Translations under genes and position numbers: made by a program
Source: Chrysomallon squamiferum
Lineage: Eukaryota > Animalia > Mollusca
DNA length: 64,000 nucleotides
Assembly: GCA_012295275.1 (NCBI GenBank)
Contig: CM022667.1
Span: 18,104,001 to 18,168,000, forward strand
Direction: 5' to 3'
The notes under the pieces: generated by a model
Seen by the model: the letters and a program-made list of their open reading frames with translations, nothing else
Database searches by the model: none
Told to the model about the DNA's origin: nothing
Shown here: piece by piece, positions 24,101-34,936 of the stretch
Layout: each line of letters starts with the position of its first letter
Position numbering within the stretch: position 1 is the first letter of the stretch

Positions 24101-27100
24101 ATAAATTGTTATAGAAACAAAACAAATAAAAGAGTTTTGTTATTACATTTGTTTCTATCATTAAAATACCGATTTTATAAAATGTTATTAGGTAATTATT
24201 TTGTTTTTAGGGTTTGCTCCCATTAAAGGCATGTGCAACCCAGTAAGGAGTTGTATTGTTAATGAAGACACAGGGTTAGCAACAGCTTTCACCATTGCTC
24301 ATGAAATTGGTCACAAGTAAGTCAAATACAGTCCCATGTTTTCTTTTCTCTTACATTAAATTGTAATTGTTGCCAGTTTTGGGGAATTGACTAGAACAGA
24401 AATCATTGATTAAATTCTAGCTACTGCTAGTTTCTGGAAAATTAGTTTATTTTTGGTCAGTACCAGCTTTTCCTTTATCATAAATTCTAATTATTTCTAG
24501 TTTCTGGGAAGTGAACAGTTTTTGGTCTCAAATATGTCAAACAGAACAGAAGTCAAATAGTTTAAACTTTTCCTGCTTCATGCATTAAATTCCAAAAGTT
24601 GCTAATTTCTTGGAAATCAGCTTTATGATTGAGGGAAATTAACAGATTTGTGTTCTTTATAATTTTATGATACTAAATACAATGTAATAATAAATTGAAA
24701 TAAATAATCAGTTAAGAAACCTTATAAATATAGGATATCTGTGTTACCTGGTAATGTTTAAATTAAAAATATTTGTTGTAACTGTGGCTGATTTATTCTG
24801 ATATTAGTTGCCATGAAGAAAGATCTCATGCTGATGTAATATAATCATTCAAAAGACATTTTAGTTATAACTGTTTTCTAAAATTAAGTATATAAGTATA
24901 CTCTCAGTTAACTTTTAGAATTTGCTTAACAATCACAATTTTTAATTTTTTTCAGACAAAAGAAACCAGCAATTTTTCAGTATATTTGTTCATGGGGATA
25001 TAAAACATAAAATAAAATAATTTAAATGGGTCGTTAATTATAATAAATTAGTTACTGAAATGTTTTTGTGTTTTAATTACTCTTCCAGTTTTGGCATGTT
25101 TCATGATGGGGAGGGTAATTTCTGCAAGATGGATGCAGGTAACATCATGTCACCTACACTGACCGGTCAAAATGGACGTTTCAGGTGGTCATCCTGTAGC
25201 AACAATTACCTTTATAAATTTCTGAAGTAAGAAAACTTAAAAACAATGTTATTGTTATCTTTTTTTCATTTCTCAATAAACCTGTTTTATTGTACAAATA
25301 ACATATTAAATGTTTAACACTCTGCTAACAATTATTATGCAATTTTAATGTATTTATTGTTACATAAAGTTAGTTATGTGTTGAAAAAGTTGTCTGGGAA
25401 AAGAATTTTTTTTTTTTATCTTTTAATAAAATAAGTACATCTGAATATCTTCAAATTTTCATCACATTGTTATTCTGAATGTATGAAAATATATAAGATA
25501 AAAAATGCATGGAACATTTTTTTGTATATTTTTGCTTTTTTTAATATCTTAAAATTTATTTTAGATAATTATTAATTTATGTATTCTGAACTATAAAAAC
25601 ATGTAGTAGATTAAATGCATAGAAGTGTTTACATTCAAAATTCATTTATGAATATTGCATCAGGAATGTATTTCAGTTCTATCCAATCAGAATGTCTCTC
25701 AGATCAGCCTCATCGAGTTGCAGAACTCAAGTTTCCTGACAAGTTACCAGGGCAACTGTTTGATGCTGACATTCAGTGCAAGCTGCAGTTTGGCAGAAAG
25801 GCTAGAGTGTGCACTTTTGAATTTGGAAGGGTATGACAAGATTATAATATAATATGAAAGAGCAGTTAATTGGTTTTATATTTCACTGAGGTCATAATAA
25901 AAACTATTTGATTGTATGACTTAATTAAAATGAAATTTGATTGGCTGACTTAATGAATTTCATTTGCAGTTGGGTGACTAAACAAAGATGTGAAATACTG
26001 TTGGCTTAGCTAAGATGAAGTATGACTGGCTGAATTAGTGAAGATGAGATGTGATTGGCTGACTTAGTAAATATTGAAATTTGATTGGCTGATTTAGTCA
26101 AGAAAAAATTTCACTGGCTATCTTCCACAGATGTGTTTAAATTATTGAAAGTGTTTGAACTCTGGTTGAGAATGTTGTAATTTTAGAAGTTTTCTTTCAG
26201 ACTGAGTTGTGTCAGAGTTTGTGGTGTTTTAAAGGAAATCGACTCTGTGAAACTAAGTTTCTTCCTGCTGCAGAAGGAACGTCATGTGGACCTAGCAAAG
26301 TAATCAAATCACAGTCACAGTCAATTTCTAATATTAAATATTTATTCGTTTTGAACTGCAGTACAGTATATTTAAATACAAACCAATTTACAGTGGTTCC
26401 TTAATATTTATAATCTTTATAAAATTTATAATTTTTGAAGCAATTTGAATGTTTTATATATGTTTGTATATCTGTGTTTATGTCACTGCGTATGTGTGTT
26501 GGTGTGTGCACATATGTGTTTTTCTGAGTATGTTTGGGTGTGGGTGTTTATTAGTGTTTATGTCTGCTTGATTTTTTTATGCATGTAATTTACACAGTCA
26601 ACGTTTCTGCAATAAATATTCATTGTTCTGCGAAGAAAAAATCATTTATTAACTGTAAATTGTTTATAACTTTATTTCAGTGGTGCCATCATGGCCAGTG
26701 TGTCAAATATGGTCATGAAGGACCCAGACCTATAGATGGGAAGTGGTCTCAGTGGTCATCATGGACGTTGTGTACACGTAGTTGTGGTACGGGAGTAAAA
26801 CAACGTACACGTTACTGTGGTAGTCCAGTGTAAGTATCAACATGGCTGTCTGACGTATGTGATGTACATATATAATTTTCTTGGAAGATAATGTAATAAA
26901 AACCAGGTTGTTTACTGTGGTGGTCCAGTGTAAAAGAAATGCCATGCTGTTGTTGCTTACTTTCAGTGTAAGTCAACCTTGCATTTATTTAAATAACTTC
27001 TCATCTCTATACATTTTATCTGAGTTTAATAATTTTCTAATAATGTAATCTAATATTGCTATTTTAATCTTTGACCTCCATTTCAAACATTAGCGGCAGC

Positions 27101-27528
27101 CTTACTAATATTAACAATCAAGTTAAAATAGTTTCTTCTTTTCCAGACCTCAGTATGGAGGGAAGCCATGTCAAGGGAAAGCAGTGATGCAGAAACTTTG
27201 TTGTTTGCAGGTTATCTCCCTTGATTAATCCTGAATCATTTATTAAAGACACAATAAAATAAAATATTTAACAAAAATGTTTTACTGAAATCAAATCTGT
27301 TATAAATAAAAATCAGAAGTATTGCACTGGAACAAAAATTCACAGTATTTTTTAAAATGAAATTCAAAGAAATATTTAGATATTCATACATAGATTTATT
27401 TGTTAAACCATATGTCATTTTGTTCTTCTTTAAAATTATGTATATATGTCATATTACTCAGTAACTAAAGAAATGTAACTACATATTCAAACTTAACCTA
27501 TTGAACATTTTTTGTTTTAAGCCAAATA

Positions 27529-27575
<47 letters not shown>

Positions 27576-28144
27576 CATTTATCCATACTAAAAGGTTTTG
27601 ATGATGAAGCACATATAATGACTTCTTTACTTGAACAACAGAGAAAAACAAAGTAAAATGTATGTGTGTTCTTACAGGACTGTCCAAGAGGAAGTTTAGA
27701 TTTCCGCAGTGAGCAGTGTGCAGAGTTTAACAAGAAACCTTTCCGTGGCTGGCATTACAAGTGGAAACCTTACAGAGAAATCGAAGATGGTTTTTACAAT
27801 ATATATTATATTTTTTTATTATATATTTATTATATTTATGATATGTTATGCTATATTATTTTAGTAATAGATTATATTATATTACATTTCATTTTATTAA
27901 TATTTTGTATTTTATATTCTGCATTACATTGAGGTTGATTACACTATTTTTATGTATTATATTATTATATTGATTATTTAGCTATGTTAAATCAGTCAAC
28001 ATACATTTAAGATAAAATCAGATATTCCCAAACTATCCACTTTATGACAAAAGGGTACAAAGAATTACTTTTATTTAGTATTCAACTTTTTGTTACCTCA
28101 TCCTGTTTTCAATTAACAAAACAATCTCTTAACAATTTTTAGAT

Positions 28145-28175
<31 letters not shown>

Positions 28176-31100
28176 GATTATAATTTAATCCCTATTTTTC
28201 CTACATTTAGACTAATAGTACATTATAATGTAATAAAAAGCAATGTTGTGAACTAACTAATTGTTGTAGAGGAAGAACAGTGCAAGCTGTACTGCCAGGC
28301 TGAAAACTACAATTTCTTCTTTGCTCTGAGCAATGAGGTCAAAGATGGAACACTTTGTAATGAGGATTCTGATGATATCTGCATTAAAGGTTCTTGTAAG
28401 GTAAGCGTGGTCATGTTAGACTATATTCCATGAATAATTATTGTAAAAGATGTATTAATGGTATCTTCATTAAAGGTTCTGTTAAGGTAAGTAAGCACAT
28501 AATGGTAGGTAAAACCTATGTTATCTTATTAGACAAACAGTTATTTCCTAAATACATTATTGATGATACTTGTATTAAAGGATCTTGTAAGGTAAATGTT
28601 GATATAGTTAATTCATTAGACCATGTTAAAAAATTATTTAAAAAACAAAATGTATTAACAATATCTGTATTAAAGGTTCTTGTAATGTAAGACTATACTT
28701 CATGATAAATTATTTTTAAATATCTTCAGCTGATTAATTTATATAATATTAAATGAAATTTCTTTTTAACATTTCGGAAACTGATATCAAAGAGTTCCAT
28801 GTTTCTTGATTTTAGCATTGTTTCACTGGCGTACATGTTCTGTCTGTTATAAATCGGTGTTTTTCATGTTTACAGAGAGCTGGTTGTGATCTTATTGTTG
28901 AGTCACTTGCCAGAAAAGATCAGTGTGGTGTGTGCATGGGAGATAACTCTACCTGTGATTTCATAAATGGGACTTTTACAGAACAAGCTATTCATAACAG
29001 TTAATATTGTTATTGTTGTAACACTTTTAATATAAATAACTCAGAAAAATGTGTGAGATATAAATATGATTAAATTTTATATTTTTTTTTTTTTTGTGAA
29101 AGAAGATGGACAATTGTTAAAAAATAAATGTTTTTCTCCCATTGTTAGTTTTTTGACTTCTGTAATTACAGTACATGAGTATTATCCTTTTTATTTTATG
29201 AGAAAAGAAAGATGGAGAAATATGCTGAAAGCAGTTACATACATTTGCTTTAGATTTATATTTTAAATATAACATTCATCTCTAAGTAACACAAAATTCT
29301 GTTCTGTTACTAAAAATAATATTTATATTGCAGTCATGTATTTATTTTAATCTCATTATCTTTATTTTTACAGCTTCGTTTCCTGTGGTGAGATTGCCAA
29401 AAGGGGCCCGGAGTATTTACATTCGTGAGAGATCTGTGGCACCAAACTACCTCTCGTTAAAAAATGTGTATGGAAAGTATTATCTGAATGGCAACTGGCG
29501 ACTGGACTGGGGTGGGGTGTTTAATGTTAATGGAGTAAGATTTGTTTACAAAAGATTGTTTGACAAACCTGAATCCCTTTTCAGTGAGGGGCCTTTACAC
29601 GAAGATCTTGTGCTGGAGGTAATTTGCTTAAAATATATTATACATAACTGAATACCTATAATTATTTCAATATGGGGATGTTTGCATGAGTATGTGCCCA
29701 TGTCAAGCTGTCTGTATGTCTTTGTGTTTGTATGTGTGTTTAAACTAGTAATGGTTTTATTATTAATTACATTTTGAGTTAAATATCAGTCCATTAGTTG
29801 AAAAAGAAGTGTTGTTCATCCTCATAAATTATTATGATAAAAAAAAAATTATCTTCACTTAGTTATGTCTGTTTCATTCATTTTATTTTTTAAATGTTCT
29901 GTTTTAAAGCTATATTTTTTATTTTCAGCTTTTAGTACAAGGTCATAATCCAGGTATTATTTATGAATACACAGTACCAAAGCTAGCTGAATATACCACA
30001 CCTTTTCCCACCTGGAACACTTTTACCTGGACTGTTGTTTTGTCATCATGCAGTGCAGACTGTGCTGGAGGTGTGTGCATGAAAATAATAACACTGTAAA
30101 ATAACACTATAGTCAATATTTATATTCTCTAAGTTTAATGTTCGCTAGCAATGCATAATTATATATACATACATACATATATAAATATATATTTACTGTA
30201 CATAGAAAGGATAATCATATTTATTTGTCATAAAAAGTCTATTTATTACACATTTGTGTATTTACTTATCTACTTATCTACTGTCTATCTATCTGTCTGT
30301 CTTATAATTTATATTTATATTTATGTTTTTTATTTATTTATATATACCAGGGGAGCAGATGTCATCAGCACACTGTAAACAAGATGATGGTGAGGAAGTT
30401 GACCCTCTATTCTGTAATCCCAAAACTCAACCAAAAACTGGAATCTTTGCTTGTAACAAAAGACCTTGTAAGCCCAGGTGGGTCCCATTTAAATAAAGTT
30501 TACAATTTTGTCTACTTAGCAATAAGAATGTTGAAATTAATATTTATTTCCTTTATAATAGAATAATACAATGATGTTTTTCTTGTCAGATGGGAAGTGG
30601 AGCCCTGGAAGAGATGTTCTAAAACATGTGGAGGAGGAAAACAAAAAAGAAAAGTTATTTGTAAACAGAAAATGTCAGCAGACTTTGACAAGAAAGTACG
30701 TCGCAAATACTGTCGTCACTTGATTCGCCCAAGTAAACAACATCAGTGCAACACACAAGAATGTCCACCACGCTGGCACACTGCAAAGTGGTCGTTTGTG
30801 AGTGTTAATTAACTTCAGCTAAATGTAGATCATGAAACTGTTCTCAGATAATAAAATACAAACTGTGAAGATAATGTTTTTTTTATTAGTAATGGCCTGT
30901 TCTTGAAAACAGATACATGTTAAATGTAAGTTGATTAGTTAAGTATTTCAATATATATGATCTGTAGAATTTTAGAGGTAATTACTGCATCCATAATTAA
31001 ATTATATTATTTTAATATTATATTTTGGGTGAGTGTAAGTGTATGTGTATAGGTGTGTGAGAATGATACTTGTTTTGATGTTTGTGTTTTGTTAGATTTG

Positions 31101-33257
31101 TTATGTAAATAACAAAATATTCTCCCTCTCAGTGTTCAGTTAGCTGTGGTAAGGGAACAAAATCAAGAGAGGTAACTTGTCGAAGCAAGACACAACATGG
31201 CCAGATTGTGTTACCTGACAGCATGTGTCAACCTCAGCCTCAGCCTCGAAAGTTCAGACCTTGTAGAGGCAAGCCATGCTTTAAACTTCACTTCCAGTGG
31301 GGGGTGTCTGCTTGGGGTCAGGTGTGTTAGTCATGTGACTGGATTTTATTTAGAAACTCTTTAGACCTGCTGGCAATTTTAAGAACTGAAAGATAATCTT
31401 TTAAAGATATTTAAAAAAAAAAAATATTTGGTAAAATTATACAAAATATTTGAAAATTATCCTTCTATCATAAAAATGGAAACACATAATTTATTGTGTG
31501 TAATTAAATATACTAATAGCTACAACAATAATAATTTATATATAATTATAAGAAAATATTGGTGTAAAACATATTTTTTTATCTCTTGAATTTTAACTGC
31601 CAGTGCATATAATGTCAAATACTTTCAAAAGAACTATTCATTGAGTTACAGGAGATAGCTTACTGTGTAAGTGTCAGTTTAACATTATTATCCACATTTA
31701 CAAAGTTGTAGCTTAATATTATATTTTTCAGTGCTCAGTGACCTGTGGTCAAGGTCACAAGTCACGTACTTTAATATGCATGAAAAGGGACAAGACTGGA
31801 CTCTGGGTGACAACACATCACCAGAATTGTTCAAGAGTGAGACATCCAAAGATGTCACTAAAAGAGAAATGTGACAAAGAGCCATGTCTGGTGAAATACC
31901 CTGAGTGGTACACCTCTCCGTGGGCAAGGGTTAGTCACATATTGGTATTACTTCTATACACAGTATGTTATTTCAGCTTGACACTAGAGCCAGAGTCGGT
32001 GAAATATTATTATTTGTAGTTAACATTTATAATTATTTCATATTTTTCTTTTAATTTCACTTAATAATTTATTTGAATGTATTTTATTTTTCTATTTGTT
32101 CTTTTGATACTTTTTTATTTCTTGAAAAACATTCTTTCTTCATTTTTTCTTCCTTTTCTCACTTTCTTTTAAGTTGCAGTTTTTATTGCTATTTCATTTA
32201 AATTCAGTCATTTATTATTTTGTATCCTTCTTGCAAATATTCCAAATTTTCTTTTTCTTTCATTTGTTCATTCTTTCTTTCTTCTGTTACTTTTGTTCAG
32301 CCACAGTATTTTTACTGTTTTCAGTGTTCTGTCACTTGTGGGTTTGGTGAGAGGTCACGTCTTGTCCACTGTATTGACCGCAAACAACACCAACTGTCCA
32401 CTGGATGTGATCCTCAGTTAAAACCAGCTGACCGAGAGTTGTGTCACCTGTCCGAGTGTCCAACTCCAGGTGTGTCCAGTAAGACATTTCATAACAACAC
32501 TTTCTGATTATTCCATTCCAAACCATGTTTCAGAGTCAGTATTTGTATATTTAAAAAATAAAATTAAGAGATATTCGTTGTGGCATTGCATTAAATGTTT
32601 TAATTTTAAGTTCCAACCCATGTTTTACAATCAATAATTTGATATTTATTATAAAAAGAAGGAATTAAAAAAGTAGAAATATTCATTGAAGTAAACTATT
32701 AATTTCAAGTATGAACCCATATTTTACAGTCAGTATTTGTGATGCTTATTAAAAAATAAAGAAATATTTATTGTAGTACTGCAGTAAACTGTTTTAATTT
32801 CCAATATCAACTGATGTTCCAAGTCAGTGATTGTGCTTCTGTTAAAAATATAAATAAAGATAAGTGTATCCATTGTGGCACAACAGTAAACTGTTTAATT
32901 TCCAGTTTCAACATGCTCCAGTGTTTATAATATGCAATACCTATTAATATAACAAATACAAAGATAAGATTATTTGCTTTCTTTGTCACATGATAACTAT
33001 TAATATGGTTCTCAAACTTCAGTTGAATGCAAAAATAAAATAAAGCATTAAATAAATGTGTGTTATTAAAATAAAAACTGGATTATTATTTAACAATAAC
33101 TCCATGTAAAGATTCAGTGTTTAGCAGCATGGGGCTTTTCAAATTTTTTATATTTGGTAATTGTTTGTTTTTATTATTATTTTTTTTATTTACACATGAA
33201 CACATATAAACACACACCACAATAACAACAACAACAACACACATATATATATTTAAT

Positions 33258-33293
<36 letters not shown>

Positions 33294-33511
33294 GGTGTGT
33301 GGTGTTGTTTGTCTCTGTAACCACATTCTCTAAGACATAATAGAGAAATAATTGTCAAATGTTTAAAGTTATATAATTACAAGTTAATTGTTTCTGTTCA
33401 GATCCCCAGTGTCGAGATGAATTTGACTGGTGTAGAAATGTGCCACTTTACAGTGTCTGTCATCACAAGTTCTATGGAACTAAATGTTGTCAGTCATGTC
33501 ATGGAAGATAA
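20982..33511 (+). CDS. ADAMTS16/18-like: ADAMTS16/18-like secreted metalloprotease, paralog A (5'-partial; 21 coding exons visible)
   Basis: GT-AG exons 20982-21141, 21892-22070, 22592-22675, 23556-23715, 24211-24316, 25089-25226, 25677-25830, 26201-26299, 26681-26829, 27147-27210, 27678-27789, 28270-28400, 28876-28999, 29374-29618, 29929-30070, 30351-30477, 30590-30797, 31133-31321, 31732-31929, 32325-32469, 33402-33511 join to 3024 nt, open to TAA. Motifs: furin site [48 protein letters not shown] (ADAMTS16/18 type), HEIGHNFGMFHD, Met-turn, 1+5 TSR, PLAC. Confidence 0.93.
21561..21912 (+). repeat. 43-bp tandem array of a 3' splice site plus first exon bases, 8 copies
   Basis: Unit cagactttcagtattcactttttggtttcag|acacagatacgt; acceptor AGs end at 21591, 21634, 21677, 21720, 21763, 21806, 21848, 21891. 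Confidence 0.95.
21892..22070 (+). CDS. Paralog A exon, furin site and start of catalytic domain (acceptor ambiguous, see findings)
   Basis: [20 protein letters not shown]...[11 protein letters not shown]...IFNI|gtaagt. Confidence 0.85.
22592..22675 (+). CDS. Paralog A exon, metalloprotease domain
   Basis: [28 protein letters not shown]; 84 nt, same as B. Confidence 0.92.
22745..23165. repeat. ~40-bp minisatellite, about 10 copies
   Basis: Unit catcatacttgtaatgtttaatcttatgaagtatgtaaca. Confidence 0.9.
23556..23715 (+). CDS. Paralog A exon, metalloprotease domain
   Basis: [20 protein letters not shown]...PCDTL; 160 nt, same as B. Confidence 0.94.
24211..24316 (+). CDS. Paralog A exon, zinc motif first half
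   Basis: [35 protein letters not shown]; 106 nt. Confidence 0.94.
25089..25226 (+). CDS. Paralog A exon, zinc motif second half and Met-turn
   Basis: [24 protein letters not shown]...[13 protein letters not shown]; 138 nt. Confidence 0.94.
25677..25830 (+). CDS. Paralog A exon, disintegrin-like domain
   Basis: [11 protein letters not shown]...[20 protein letters not shown]...FGR; 154 nt. Confidence 0.93.
25900..26122. repeat. Degenerate ~30-bp repeat containing ATTGGCTGA
   Basis: Recurrent tttgattggctgactta motif. Confidence 0.7.
26201..26299 (+). CDS. Paralog A exon, disintegrin-like domain
   Basis: [33 protein letters not shown]. Confidence 0.92.
26681..26829 (+). CDS. Paralog A exon, central TSR
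   Basis: WCHHGQCVK...[21 protein letters not shown]; 149 nt. Confidence 0.93.
27147..27210 (+). CDS. Paralog A exon, central TSR end
   Basis: [21 protein letters not shown]; 64 nt, same as B. Confidence 0.9.
27678..27789 (+). CDS. Paralog A exon, Cys-rich domain
   Basis: [32 protein letters not shown]. Confidence 0.92.
28270..28400 (+). CDS. Paralog A exon, Cys-rich domain
   Basis: [29 protein letters not shown]...DICIKGSCK|gtaagc. Confidence 0.92.
28370..28695 (+). repeat. Degenerate ~90-105-bp repeat duplicating an exon end and 5' splice site, 4 copies
   Basis: attaaaggttcttgtaag|gtaa-like motif with GT at 28401, 28487, 28592, 28687. Confidence 0.85.
28876..28999 (+). CDS. Paralog A exon, Cys-rich/spacer boundary
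   Basis: [27 protein letters not shown]; 124 nt, same as B. Confidence 0.92.
29374..29618 (+). CDS. Paralog A exon, spacer domain
   Basis: [13 protein letters not shown]...YYLNGNW...[10 protein letters not shown]; 245 nt. Confidence 0.93.
29929..30070 (+). CDS. Paralog A exon, spacer end / TSR2
   Basis: [14 protein letters not shown]...[16 protein letters not shown]; 142 nt. Confidence 0.92.
30351..30477 (+). CDS. Paralog A exon, TSR2
   Basis: [41 protein letters not shown]; 127 nt. Confidence 0.92.
30590..30797 (+). CDS. Paralog A exon, TSR3
   Basis: [16 protein letters not shown]...[12 protein letters not shown]; 208 nt. Confidence 0.93.
31133..31321 (+). CDS. Paralog A exon, TSR4
   Basis: [16 protein letters not shown]...QWGVSAWGQ. 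Confidence 0.92.
31732..31929 (+). CDS. Paralog A exon, TSR5
   Basis: [16 protein letters not shown]...WYTSPWAR. Confidence 0.92.
32325..32469 (+). CDS. Paralog A exon, TSR6
   Basis: [16 protein letters not shown]...CHLSECPTP. Confidence 0.92.
32515..32915. repeat. Degenerate ~95-100-bp repeat, about 4 copies
   Basis: Recurrent ccatgttt..agtcagtatttgt...gtaaactgttttaattt. Confidence 0.7.
33402..33511 (+). CDS. Paralog A last coding exon, PLAC domain
   Basis: [35 protein letters not shown] (TAA 33509-33511). Confidence 0.92.
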
Positions 33512-34841
33512 CAGGAAACTAACTGGGAAAAACAACAACTGATCTCAGTTTTGTATGTTGAAGCACTCTTTAGAGTTTTTCACATCATAAATTTAAAAAA
33601 TATATATTTTTTTTTTTTAATTAATCATTTTCATTCATTATGTTGTTAAGTTATGACTTCATTTTTCATAATTGCCAGTTTAACTAATAGTTTTTAAATT
33701 ATACAGAACTAGTTAAAGATAAACTAAAAATGTATTATTAGTAATAACTGGTTATAAGAATCAAATAAAACAGAAAATTTGAAAGAAATATTAAATATAT
33801 GCTTTTGTTCTTTAACTGCATAATTCGTGTTCTTTGATCTGAATATAATTTGTTAAAAAAATAAAAAACTATAACAAACAATTTCATGTTAATAATCTTT
33901 AAACTGGTTGGCAGCATATGTTAAATATAGGTTATGTTTAAATATTTTTTTCAATTTTTCAATTTGAATGTTAATTATATTTAAGATTATTATTATTTAT
34001 TTTTGTATCTCTCTATAGTCTGTTATTATGATAGTCGACTACTAAAATATTAACTGCTAATCACAAATATGTTATTCTTAAGTCAATTCAGTAAATTTAT
34101 TTTGCATTGCACGTATAGTTTAAGTTTCAGCCTGCCATTTATTAAGACTTTTTTAACTGTTATAGTTTTAGTTACTCCAGTATAATTAAACAAATTAATG
34201 TTTGAAAAAGTATATGTTTTGTGTTTTAGACAAATAAACATATATTTCATACATATTTAATTTGGTTTCTTTGAAGGAATCAGTTTTTTGTTTCCATGAA
34301 TCCAGTTTGATTTCTGACACATTGTCTGTACATAATATTTAACAAATACATTAAAAAAACAAAAAAACAAACAGACACCACAGTCAGTTATATAAAATAT
34401 TTTTAACACCTGCACAAAAGAAGTTTATAAGTTTCAGTTTACCCATTTGATCTCTAAATTTAGTGTCTAGTATTCCATCATAATAACAACAACAACAAGA
34501 AACTGTTTTGTGCATTCAAATAATGTGAATTGGTTAAGATATTTATTTTAAACTCTAAACTGAAATGTATTTAATACTGAGATATAGTATAACAATTTTT
34601 TTTTAAATGTTCTTGGAATAATGAGTTTAATTTATTTATTACTGATTCTGTCTGATATTTAAATACATAAATTATGACAAAAACACTGGAGAATCAATGA
34701 CACAGATGGGTTATTCAGTTATTAAAATTGGAATTACTATATATTAAAAACATTTATTTGTTATTTTTATTATAGAATTATAATTAAATATTGAATTTGC
34801 CAAAATCATAAATGTATTTTCTAAAAAAACATATTATTAAT

Positions 34842-34847
<6 letters not shown>

Positions 34848-34934
<87 letters not shown>
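34848..34934. repeat. (GA)n microsatellite
   Basis: Perfect GA run of about 87 bp. Confidence 0.97.

Positions 34935-34936
<2 letters not shown>

Noticed and set aside
26300-32475. Weak 5' splice sites in A (GTTATC, GTTTTT, GTTAAT, GTGTGT) as a sign of pseudogenisation
   Set aside because: All are GT, positions match paralog B, and the joined frame is intact; B has similarly weak donors.
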